From assembly GCA_963806225.1 (NCBI GenBank), contig CAWDXG010000001.1, forward strand, positions 1,024,001 to 1,088,000: a DNA stretch of 64,000 bases, given 5' to 3'. The notes under the pieces were generated by a model. That model saw nothing but the letters and a program-made list of their open reading frames with translations. It made no database searches and had not been told where the DNA came from. This stretch comes from an uncultured delta proteobacterium (GTDB lineage Bacteria > Myxococcota_A > Polyangia > Polyangiales > Polyangiaceae). The position numbers and the translations under genes were made by a program. This document shows, in pieces, positions 10,430 to 19,430 of this stretch. How positions within the stretch are numbered: the first letter of the stretch is position 1; each line of letters starts with the position of its first letter.

Positions 10430-11359
10430 ATGGGTAGCGGGCGCCGTCTGGACCTCAAGCTCGGCTTTGCGTGCAACAACCGCTGCGTTTTCTGTGCGCA
10501 GGGCGACAAGCGCAAGTCCTGCGGAGCCCGGCCCTACGACGTGCTGGTGGAGGAGCTCGCGCGCGCGCGACCGGAATGTTCCGGCGTTGTCTTCACTGGA
10601 GGCGAACCGACCCTCCACAAGCAGCTGCTCCGCTTGGTGAGCGCCGCGCGCGCGCTGGGGTACAGCAGCATCCAGCTGCAGACCAACGGACGCATGCTCG
10701 CCTATCCTTCGGTCGTCGAGAAGCTGGTCGACGCCGGAGTCACGGAATTCTCTCCCTCGCTGCATGGGTCGTGCGCCGACGTGCACGAGTCCCTGACGGC
10801 CGCCCGCGGGAGCTTCCGTGACAGCCTTTCGGGTATCGCGAACGCCGTAGGTTCCGGAGCGGTGGTCATCACCAACACCGTGATCACGAAGGACAACACC
10901 GACAGACTGAGCGAGATCGTCGCGCTTCTGGGATCGGTCGGTGTGCAGCAGGCACAGCTCGCGTTCGTGCATCCGGTGGGTACGGCGCTGGAGCGTTTCG
11001 AGGAGGTGGTTCCGCGTCTCCCGGACGTCGTCGCGCCGTTGCGACAGGCGCGGACGGTCGCGGGCGAGCTCGGGATGCGACTGGTCACCGAAGCGGTGCC
11101 GTTGTGCTTCCTTTCGGGGATGGAAGAGCTCGCCGTGGAAGAGACGATCCCCGACACCACGGTCGTCGACCTGGCCGGCCGGCTCGACTATTCGAGCTGG
11201 CGCGTGTCGGAGGGCAAGGCGCACGGTCCGCCCTGCTCGTCCTGCGCCGCCGTCAGGCGTTGCGAGGGGCCGTGGCGCGAGTATCCCGAGCGCTGGGGCT
11301 GGAACGAGTTCCAGTCGCTCGCCGCGGACCCCGTCCAGAGCGGCGGGCAGGCGCTCTAG
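10430..11359 (+). CDS. Radical SAM protein, HxsC-like
   Basis: DLKLGFACNNRCVFC, FTGGEPT, LQTNGRML, SLHG..H, EAVPLC, C-terminal CSSC..RRCEG..EY; divergent from hxsB. Confidence 0.8.
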   Translation: MGSGRRLDLKLGFACNNRCVFCAQGDKRKSCGARPYDVLVEELARARPECSGVVFTGGEPTLHKQLLRLVSAARALGYSSIQLQTNGRMLAYPSVVEKLVDAGVTEFSPSLHGSCADVHESLTAARGSFRDSLSGIANAVGSGAVVITNTVITKDNTDRLSEIVALLGSVGVQQAQLAFVHPVGTALERFEEVVPRLPDVVAPLRQARTVAGELGMRLVTEAVPLCFLSGMEELAVEETIPDTTVVDLAGRLDYSSWRVSEGKAHGPPCSSCAAVRRCEGPWREYPERWGWNEFQSLAADPVQSGGQAL

Positions 11360-11369
11360 CTCTGGGCGG

Positions 11370-11765
11370 CTAGCTCGGGTCGTTGCTGTAGCTGGCGGTC
11401 GCGATGTAGCGCAGCCGGCGCGAGCAATCGGCCGAGCCGGTCCGCCCGGGGCACACATGCTCGCCGTCGAAGCTGGACTGGTGCATGCGCAGTGCGCGCA
11501 TGATGTCGCGCGTCAGATCGTGGCCGCCGTCGACGCAGCGTTGATCCGTGCACCCGAGCAGAAACAGCGCGGGCGCGTGCTCGACGACAATGCGGCGGAT
11601 GTGGCTCGCTTCCGGAATCTGCCGGTCCCCCTCGAACTCGGACACCTCGAGACGCAGACTGGTCAGTTCTGGAACCTCGTCACACAGCCGTGCAGCAGAG
11701 TCCTCGCGATCGCGGCGCTCGCGGGCACGCTCTGCTGCCTGGTGATTGCGTCGACGACTGAACAT
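11370..11765 (-). CDS. Small hypothetical protein, putative metal-binding (C-x4-C-x2-GGHD ... C-x8-C)
   Basis: ATG at 11765 after an AG-rich RBS; protein-like composition in the C-terminal 131 aa of ORF 11370..12530. Confidence 0.7.
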   Translation of the reverse strand: MFSRRRNHQAAERARERRDREDSAARLCDEVPELTSLRLEVSEFEGDRQIPEASHIRRIVVEHAPALFLLGCTDQRCVDGGHDLTRDIMRALRMHQSSFDGEHVCPGRTGSADCSRRLRYIATASYSNDPS

Positions 11766-11941
11766 GAACCGTTCTCTCTTTCTTTCGTGACCACCGGCAA
11801 CCCCCCGCGAGCCATGATCACTCCGCGCGACAGGTTCGGGCCGGCTCCGGGGCGCCGGCCTTCGTCTAGGATACCTCTTTTTGTCGCCGGTGCACGCCTG
11901 CGCCACGCGACAAGAGGCTGGATTTCCAGGGCATTTCCGCG

Positions 11942-12503
11942 TCAGCGCTTTTTCGACAGCAGGTGCGCGCCGGCCTCCATCGCGACGAGCATGGCCTCGT
12001 GCTCGCCCTCGCCGGGAGACTCGTCCTCCAGGAGCGCCCGCACGATCAGCTCCGAGCTTCCGCTCTCCGTAGGTCGGACCGATACCCTGAGCGCCTGGCG
12101 CTGCCTGAGGCCCGAGCTCGGGCGTGTCGAAGGCCGGGCCGCCGGTGGCGCGCTGTGTGACGGGGCAGACCCGCTTGGGGCCGGCGCTGACTCGGGAGCC
12201 GGGGCGGCAGCGGCCTGCGGCGCCGCGGCTGGCGGATTCCGCCGGAGCCTGGGGAGCCGGCGCGGGCGGTGGAATCGAGGGGGGGATATCCAGCGCGCTC
12301 GTCAGGTCGGCGGCGGCGCGGGCCAGGCTCACTGCGCGCAGGTCCGCGCCGCTGTTGCCGGCTGCCTCGGCTGCGCGGCGGAGCCAGCGGATCGCCTCGT
12401 GGCTGTCGCCGCGGTTCCACATCGTCCCGGCAGTCTGCAGGGTCCAGGCCACGTCTTCCGGATCGCCGGGCTCGGGACCCGGGAACTCGAGTTGAGCTGT
12501 CAT
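11942..12503 (-). CDS. Hypothetical protein (DVAWTLQTA...WLRRAAEAA N-terminal domain, Pro/Ala linker), apparent frameshift near 12232
   Basis: N-terminus in frame 11370..12530; the linker PAAAPQAAAAPAPE and C-terminus ...EAMLVAMEAGAHLLSKKR* continue in another frame. Confidence 0.6.
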
Positions 12504-12564
12504 CGGTTCCTCCGCGCGCAGCATACACAAGATTGTCGCGGCGGAGTGAGCCTAGAGCTCCAGT

Positions 12565-13014
12565 TCAGCCCGCCCGCGAGAGTGGCGTCCAGTGCGCGGA
12601 CCACGGCCCCGGCGCCTGGAGCTTCCTGATGAAGCCGCTCGAGGGCCGGCGCAGACGTGCCAGGGCATTGAGCAGCGCGCACGCCCACTGTTCGAAGCCG
12701 TGCTTCGACAGCACGAGCAGGGCCCCGGCGGACAGCGCCTGGGCGCGTAGCGTGTCGTCGACCCGCGCGCACAGGATCACGACCGGGACGGCGCAGCCGC
12801 GTCGGCGCAACGCCTCGATCAGCTCCACGCCGCCCAGGTGCGGCATCGCCTGCTCGCTGACGATGCAGTCGTAGCGGGATGCGATTTCCAGCGCGTCCCG
12901 CGGGTCGACAACGCGATCGGCGCTGTAGCCGAATTCGGCGAGCACCTCGACCACGTTCTCGGCGAAATCCACGTTTCCCTCGACAACGAGGATCTTCCCT
13001 CTCACCCCCCGCAT
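12565..13014 (-). CDS. Single-domain response regulator (atypical receiver)
   Basis: KILVVEGN, YDCIVSEQAMPHLGGVEL, PVVILCA, VLSK: receiver fold with Glu at the phosphoacceptor position. Confidence 0.8.
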   Translation of the reverse strand: MRGVRGKILVVEGNVDFAENVVEVLAEFGYSADRVVDPRDALEIASRYDCIVSEQAMPHLGGVELIEALRRRGCAVPVVILCARVDDTLRAQALSAGALLVLSKHGFEQWACALLNALARLRRPSSGFIRKLQAPGPWSAHWTPLSRAG

Positions 13015-13237
13015 CGTCCCCCCTTCCATTTCGAGGATAGCCCGTTCGAGGGAGGGCGTCGACCGCCAGGCGCCGTCCGGGGCACCTTGCCACAGGCGGT
13101 GCGGGCGCCTCGTGATCACGCAACAAGCGAGGTCGTAGGCCGACGCGTGCGCAGGATCTTCCGGGCGGTCGTCCAGCTACCTCTTGCGTGGTGCATGGGA
13201 ACCGCGCGGCCAGTGCCCCGTTGCGAGCCGGGTGCAG

Positions 13238-13254
13238 CTGGCTCGACGATTGCA
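13238..13254 (+). promoter_or_regulatory. Putative sigma-54 promoter (-24/-12) for acyl-CoA synthetase
   Basis: CTGGCTCGACGATTGCA fits TGGCACG-N4-TTGC with GG-N10-GC spacing, about 58 nt before the ATG. Confidence 0.55.
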
Positions 13255-13311
13255 GGGTCGTAGCGGGTGGGTGTGCGCCTCGGAAGCGCGCCCGGAGAAG
13301 GGGGCGGGAGT

Positions 13312-15118
13312 ATGGCCGAGCAGTTCACCAACCTTGTCGAGCTCTACCAGGCGAGCTGCGCTCGCTTTGCCCAGCGTCCGCTCTACGGCACGCGACGAGA
13401 AGGTCAGTGGGAGTGGCTCGGCTACGCCGAGCTGGCGCGGCTCGTCGACCAGTTCCGCGGTGGCCTGGCGCGGCTCGGAGTTGGGAAGGGCGACCGCGTC
13501 GCCATCATTTCCGACAATCGCGTCGAGTGGGTGGTGGCCTGCTACGCGACGTACGGGCTCGGGGCCGCCTACGTGCCGATGTACGAGGCCCAGTTGCCGA
13601 AGGAGTGGAAGTTCATCCTCGACGATTGCGCGGCCAAGGTCGTGATTGCGGCCAACCAGCGCATCTACGACGAACTCCAGAAGCTGAAGCCCGAACTGCC
13701 GGTGCTCGAGCACGTCGTCGGTCTGGAGCTGCCGGAAAGCGACGACGACTCCTATGCCGCCCTGCTACGCCGGGGCGAGGCGGATCCGGTGCCGGTCCGG
13801 GTCCCGCATCAGGATGAGGTGGCCGGGTTCATCTATACCTCGGGCACGACCGGCAAGCCGAAGGGTGTGCTGCTCAGTCACCACAACATCGCTTCGAACA
13901 TCAGCGCGGTGCTCGAGATCTTCAGTTTCGAGCCGGAAGACCGTTCACTCGCGTTTCTTCCGTGGGCGCACTCCTACGGACAGATCTGCCGAGGTACACG
14001 GCATGCTCGCCATGGGAGCCTCGGTGGCGATCAACGACAACATCGCGCGTCTGGTCGAGAACCTGGCCGAGGTGAAGCCGACCATCCTGTTCGCGGTGCC
14101 GCGCGTGTTCAACCGCATCTACGACGTCGTGCAGGCGCAGATCCAGGACAAGCCGGCCTTCATCCGCAGTCTGTTCGGTTCCGGGATTCGGGCCGCCTCG
14201 CGCCGCGCTGCCGGGCAGCCCGTCGGCGTGTTCGCGTCGCTCGGCTTCTCGCTGGCGGACTCGCTGATCTTCTCCAAGGTGCGCGAGAAGTTCGGGGGGC
14301 GGCTCAATTACGCCATCAGCGCCAGTGCGTCGCTCGGTAGCGAGGTCGCGGAGTTCATCGACGCTCTCGGTATCCCGGTCTACGAGGCCTACGGGCTGAC
14401 CGAGACCAGCCCGATCGTCTCGGCGAACCTGCCCGGACGGCGCCGCATGGGTTCGGTGGGGCCGGTCATCCCCGGTGTGCGCGTCGAGATCGACCGTTCC
14501 GTGAGCAAGGACCCCGAGGAGGGCGAGATCGTCGTCTACGGCCCGAACGTGATGCTCGGCTACCACAACCGCCCGGAGGAAAACGAGAAGGTACTGATGG
14601 CGGACGGCGGTTTCCGGACCGGGGACCTCGGACGCATGGACGCCGACGGCTACCTGTACATCACGGGCCGCATCAAGGAGCAGTACAAGCTGGAGAACGG
14701 CAAGTACATCATGCCCTCGCCGCTCGAAGAACAGCTCAAGCTGTCACCGTTCATCGCGAATGTGATGCTCTACGGTGCCAACCGGCCCTACAACGTCGCG
14801 CTGGTCGTGCTGGACATGCAGGTCGTCAGGAAATGGGCTACCGAGCACCACGTCGCGCTGGGCGAGGACCCGGCCTCGAACGAGCAGTTGCGCGAGCTCA
14901 TCAACGCCGAGGTCGCCGCGCGCTCCTCGGAGTTCAAGTCCTTCGAGCGGGCGCGTCGGCTCCTGATAACCACCGAGGATTTTACGACCGACAACGACAT
15001 GCTGACTCCGACGCTCAAGCTGAAGCGCCGCAACGTGCTCGCGCGGTTTGGCGCCCGGCTCGACGAGCTGTACGAGCAGCGTCCTGAGCGGGCCACGCCC
15101 AGCCGCAGCGCACGCTGA
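13312..15118 (+). CDS. Long-chain fatty acid--CoA ligase (AMP-binding), +1 frameshift near 13991
   Basis: IYTSGTTGKPKG, FLPWAHSYGQ, YEAYGLTET, GFRTGDLG, ITGRIKE, LTPTLKLKR; two overlapping frames join by deleting one C (ATC TGC C GAG). Confidence 0.92.
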
Positions 15119-15134
15119 GCGGCCGCGCCGGGTC

Positions 15135-15150
15135 CGGCACGCGGATTGCT
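15135..15150 (+). promoter_or_regulatory. Putative sigma-54 promoter for serpin
   Basis: CGGCACGCGGATTGCT, a near-consensus -24/-12 element 55 nt upstream of the ATG. Confidence 0.65.
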
Positions 15151-15204
15151 CGATCCGGTGTCGAGGAGTGCCCGCGTGGCACAAAACGGCACAGGGAGCT
15201 ACTG

Positions 15205-16470
15205 ATGGAGGCTACAAAATCCCCGGGAAAGAGCTGGATGGGTCTGCTGCGACTGGCGCTCCTGGCTCTGCTGGGTGTGACGCTGGTGGCATGCGGCAGC
15301 ACCCCTGTCGAGCAGCGCGACCCGCGCAAGATCACCGCGCTTTCGCCCGAGCTGGCGGCGGTGGTCCAGGGCAACAACGCCTTCGCCTGGTCGCTGTACG
15401 ACCAGTTGCGACGCGAGGACGGAAACCTGTTCGTCTCGCCCTTCAGCATCTCTGCCGCCTTCGGGATGACCTACGCGGGCGCGCGCGGGCAGACGGCCGC
15501 GGAGATGAAGCAGGTGCTCCACATCGAGCTGGATGACGCCGCGTACCATTCGAGCTTCGGAGCACTGCTTCAGGATCTCACCGGGCCGCACCGCGGGCGG
15601 GGCTATCAGCTCGACGTGGCCAACCGTCTATTCGGGCAGCAGGGCTTCAACTTCAACAGCGACTTCCTGCAGCTCACGGCCGACGACTACGATGCACCGC
15701 TGCAGCAGATGGACTTCACGGGCGACCCGGACGGATCGCGCCAGACCATCAACGGCTGGGTCGAGGCAGAGACGCAGAACCGCATCCAGGACCTGCTGCA
15801 GCCGGGGACCGTTACGTCGGACACGCGCCTGGTGCTGGCCAACGCCATCTACTTCAAGGCGCGTTGGGCCGCGCGCTTCGATCCCAAAGACACGCACGAC
15901 GCCGATTTCACGCGCGCCGACGGTTCCACCGTGAAGGCGCCCATGATGAACAACTTCGGGACCTACGCCCTGCTCACGGATGCCGACGTGTCGGTTATCG
16001 AGCTCCCGTACCAGGACAACGAGCTGTCCATGGTCGTGATCCTGCCGGCTGCGACGGACGGCCTCCCCGCGCTGGAAGCGTCGATCACGCAGCAGAAGGT
16101 GAAGACGTGGATCGGGTCACTCAGCAAAGCCGACGAGGTGAGCGTTGGCCTACCGCGCTTCACGATGACCCACCGGGTCCCGCTCAAGCAGACCCTGGTG
16201 GACATGGGGATGAAGCTGGCGTTCAGCGATCAGGCGGATCTCTCGGGAATCGCGCCGGGCCTGATGCTGACCGATGCCGTTCACAGGGCCTTCGTGAAGG
16301 TCGACGAGGAAGGGACCGAAGCGGCCGCGGCCACGGCGGCCGTCGTCGGCCTGACGTCGGCCGGTCCCATGTTCTACGCGGACCACCCGTTCCTGTTCCT
16401 GATCCGCGACAGGCTGACCGGGAGCATCCTGTTCATGGGTCGGGTCGACGACCCGACGGCAACAGGCTGA
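15205..16470 (+). CDS. Serpin family serine protease inhibitor, lipoprotein
   Basis: Lipobox LVAC; NLFVSPFSI, LVLANAIYFKARW, hinge VDEEGTEAAAATA, FYADHPFLFLI, ILFMGRV. Confidence 0.95.
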   Translation: MEATKSPGKSWMGLLRLALLALLGVTLVACGSTPVEQRDPRKITALSPELAAVVQGNNAFAWSLYDQLRREDGNLFVSPFSISAAFGMTYAGARGQTAAEMKQVLHIELDDAAYHSSFGALLQDLTGPHRGRGYQLDVANRLFGQQGFNFNSDFLQLTADDYDAPLQQMDFTGDPDGSRQTINGWVEAETQNRIQDLLQPGTVTSDTRLVLANAIYFKARWAARFDPKDTHDADFTRADGSTVKAPMMNNFGTYALLTDADVSVIELPYQDNELSMVVILPAATDGLPALEASITQQKVKTWIGSLSKADEVSVGLPRFTMTHRVPLKQTLVDMGMKLAFSDQADLSGIAPGLMLTDAVHRAFVKVDEEGTEAAAATAAVVGLTSAGPMFYADHPFLFLIRDRLTGSILFMGRVDDPTATG

Positions 16471-16477
16471 GCCCGGC

Positions 16478-18100
16478 CTACCAGGCCGCGGCCTGGCGCT
16501 GGTAGCGGCTGTACGAGGTCAGGAACTGACCGTCGTCGAACTGCTGCGGGCTCAGCTCGCGGATGCCCTCGCGGCTCATTTCCAGAACGCGCGTGGCGAC
16601 CTGCGAGACCATCTGGCGGTCGTGCGTCACGAAGATGCAGGTGCCCTCGTAGTTGACGAGCCCCTGGGTCAGCGAGCGGATCGCCTCGAGGTCCAGATGG
16701 TTCGTCGGCTCGTCCAGAAGCAGCACGTTCGGCTGGACCAGCATCAGGCGTGCGAGCAGCAGGCGCACCGTCTCGCCGCCGGAGAGGACGTCGGTCTGCT
16801 TGAACGGTTCGTCCTTCGTGAACAGAAGGCGGCCGAACAGCGAGCGGATCTGCTGCTCGTCGGCGCCCTGGTTCCACTTCCAGAGCCAGGCGTGGGCGGT
16901 CTCCTTGCTCTTTTCGATCTGCTCGCTGTGGTCTTGCGGCATGTAGCCGATGCGCGCCTCGTAGCCCCACTCGATCGAGCCCTCGTCCGGGTCCAGCTCG
17001 TTGTTGAACAGCCGCAGCATGGTGGTCTTGCCGATGCCGTTCGGGCCCACGATGGCGATCTTGTCCCCTCGCATGACGCTCAGGTTGAAGTGCTCGCAGA
17101 TCTCGATGTCGTCGAAGCTCTTCGACAGAGCTGTAGCCGTCAGCACCTGCCGGCCGCTGGGGCGCGCCTGCTCGAAGCGGATGAAGGGTCGCTGGATGTT
17201 CGAGCGCTTGAGGTCGGAGAGCGCCTTCTTCTCGCGTTGCAGTGACTTCTCGCGGCTCTTGACCTGGCTCGCGCGCGAGCCGGCGCGAAAGCGCTGCACG
17301 AATTCCTGCAGCGACTCGATGCGCTTCTGGCGGGCCGAATTGGCGAGCTCCAGGGAGGAACGCGCTTCGGCCTTGGCCTCGACCATGTCGTCGTAGTTGC
17401 CCGGATAGACGATGACCGTCTCGTAGTCGATGTCCGCGATGCGCGTGCAGACGGAGTTGAGGAAGTGGCGATCGTGGCTGATCACCACCAGGACTCCGGC
17501 GTAGTCCTTCATGAAGCTCTCCAGCCAGCGGATGCTGGCGATGTCGAGTGCATTCGTAGGCTCGTCGAGCAGCAGGGCGTCGGGATTGCCGAACAGCGCC
17601 TGCGCCAGCAGCACCCGTACCTTGTCGCCTCCCGTCAGGGTGGACAGCAGATCCTTGTGCTGCGCCTCGGGAACGCCGAGGCCATCGAGCAGCGCGTTGG
17701 CCTCGTTCTCGGCGGTGTAGCCGTCTTCCTCGGCGATCACCATCTCCAGCTCGCCGAGCCGCACGCCGTCCTCGTCGCTGAGGTCGTCGCCCTTGGCCAG
17801 GAGCTGCTCTTTCTCGGCCATGGCCTGCCACAGCGCCTCGTTGCCCATCAAGACCACGTCGATGATGCGCTCGCCTTCGTAGCGGAAATGGTCCTGGCGC
17901 AGGACGCCGAGCCGCTTGGGTCGCTGGACGCTGCCAGCCATCGGCTCCAGGTCGCCCTCCACGATCTTCATGAAGGTCGACTTGCCGGCGCCGTTGGGGC
18001 CGGTCAGGCCGTAGCGCTCGCCTTTGTTGAAGGTGACGTTGACGTTCTCGAACAGCACCTGGGTGCCGAAGTTCATCGACAGGTCACTTACGGTGATCAT
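16478..18100 (-). CDS. ABC-F family ATP-binding protein (YbiT-like)
   Basis: Two NBDs (GPNGAGKST..LLLDEPTN; GPNGIGKTT..LSGGE..LLDEPTNHLD), no TM segments. Confidence 0.92.
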   Translation of the reverse strand: MITVSDLSMNFGTQVLFENVNVTFNKGERYGLTGPNGAGKSTFMKIVEGDLEPMAGSVQRPKRLGVLRQDHFRYEGERIIDVVLMGNEALWQAMAEKEQLLAKGDDLSDEDGVRLGELEMVIAEEDGYTAENEANALLDGLGVPEAQHKDLLSTLTGGDKVRVLLAQALFGNPDALLLDEPTNALDIASIRWLESFMKDYAGVLVVISHDRHFLNSVCTRIADIDYETVIVYPGNYDDMVEAKAEARSSLELANSARQKRIESLQEFVQRFRAGSRASQVKSREKSLQREKKALSDLKRSNIQRPFIRFEQARPSGRQVLTATALSKSFDDIEICEHFNLSVMRGDKIAIVGPNGIGKTTMLRLFNNELDPDEGSIEWGYEARIGYMPQDHSEQIEKSKETAHAWLWKWNQGADEQQIRSLFGRLLFTKDEPFKQTDVLSGGETVRLLLARLMLVQPNVLLLDEPTNHLDLEAIRSLTQGLVNYEGTCIFVTHDRQMVSQVATRVLEMSREGIRELSPQQFDDGQFLTSYSRYQRQAAAW

Positions 18101-18350
18101 GGGGCATCCTCGGGCGGGAGAGACGGGCGCCCTGGTCGCGTCGTCCGGAGCCTCTCGCGCGCAAACGCTCGGGGCCGGCGCGTGTGCGGGCAGGGGGCTC
18201 ACAGGAGCCACGACGCGGAGCGGGGGCGGCTCGGGGAGCGGGAATCTAGCAGACCGCGGCCCCGTGTAAAGCAGACGGGGCAGGGGGGCCCCCGCCGGCA
18301 CGGGGCCGCCCTGGCGAAGCGGACGCCCCCTGTGCTCGAATCAATGGGCC

Positions 18351-19343
18351 ATGCTGGACCTCGAGCGGCTCGAGAAGATCAAGCTGCACCGGCGGCCCGT
18401 CGGCCAGATCCTGATCGGCAACCTGGTGCTCTGGCCCGACTACAACTTCCCGACGCGGCGGACGGAGATCGTGCTCGAGGGAATCGAGAACCTGCCGCGA
18501 CAGGGCGGGGCGTTCCTCGCGATGAACCACACCGACCGGTTCAACTACTTCCCGCTCCAGTACCGCATGTACCGGTTGGGGCTGCCGTTCACGGCCACCT
18601 GGGTAAAAGGCAAGTACTACGAGAACAACGCGATCGGTGCGGCGCTGGATCTCACCAACAACATCCCGCTGCCGTCGCGCGGCTACGTCATCACCACCGA
18701 GTTCCGGAAGGCTACCGGGCGTCCGCCGGACGAGAAAGAATACCGGGTGCTGCGCGATCTCGTCGACGGCAAGCGAGCCGCCGAGGAGCCCCTGGACGCT
18801 GACGCCGGCAGCGAGCTGAAGGAGCTTCTGCACGGCACGACCGGCAGCGCGAAGCAGTTCCTCGAGCACTTCGACAGGCTGTTCGATCGCATGATCCGCC
18901 GCGTCGTCGAGCTCAACCGCCGTGCCATCCGCGATCTCCAGCTCGATGTGCTGGTATTTCCCGAAGGCACCCGCTCGCGGCGGCTCGGCCGCGGTCACAA
19001 CGGCCTGGCGCAGATATCGCAGCACCTGGCGGCCGACGTGATCCCCATCGGTTGCAGCGGCAGCGATCAGCTGTACCCGGGAAGCAAGCCCTTTTCGAGA
19101 GGCGGTCGCGTCGTCTACCGGATCGGCAAGCCGCTCTCGGTGCATGGGCCGGAGCTCGCGCCGTATCGCGTGGAAGACGACGCCCTGCCGTTCACGAGCG
19201 AGGCATCCCGGCGTCACGTCGAGCGCTACGACGGGATCACCCGGGTCGTCATGAGCCACATCAACGATCTGCTGGACCCGGAGTACCAGTATTCCGGCGA
19301 CGAGCCTCTGCAGAGGGCCGGGGGCGTCGACCGCTTCGTCTGA
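18351..19343 (+). CDS. PlsC-family lysophospholipid acyltransferase
   Basis: EGIENLP, AMNHTDRFN (HxxxxD variant), VFPEGTRS, VIPIG. Confidence 0.8.
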   Translation: MLDLERLEKIKLHRRPVGQILIGNLVLWPDYNFPTRRTEIVLEGIENLPRQGGAFLAMNHTDRFNYFPLQYRMYRLGLPFTATWVKGKYYENNAIGAALDLTNNIPLPSRGYVITTEFRKATGRPPDEKEYRVLRDLVDGKRAAEEPLDADAGSELKELLHGTTGSAKQFLEHFDRLFDRMIRRVVELNRRAIRDLQLDVLVFPEGTRSRRLGRGHNGLAQISQHLAADVIPIGCSGSDQLYPGSKPFSRGGRVVYRIGKPLSVHGPELAPYRVEDDALPFTSEASRRHVERYDGITRVVMSHINDLLDPEYQYSGDEPLQRAGGVDRFV

Positions 19344-19430
19344 GGTGGCGCTCGTCGCCTGGAAATCGTCCCGGGGGCTGGCGGCGTGACGCGGGAGGCC
19401 ATAAAGTAATATCCTCGAACGGGAGGCAGT

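Noticed and set aside
11370..12530. 386-aa ORF as a single protein
   Set aside because: Better explained as two genes (11370-11765 and frameshifted 11942-12503) with off-frame sequence between
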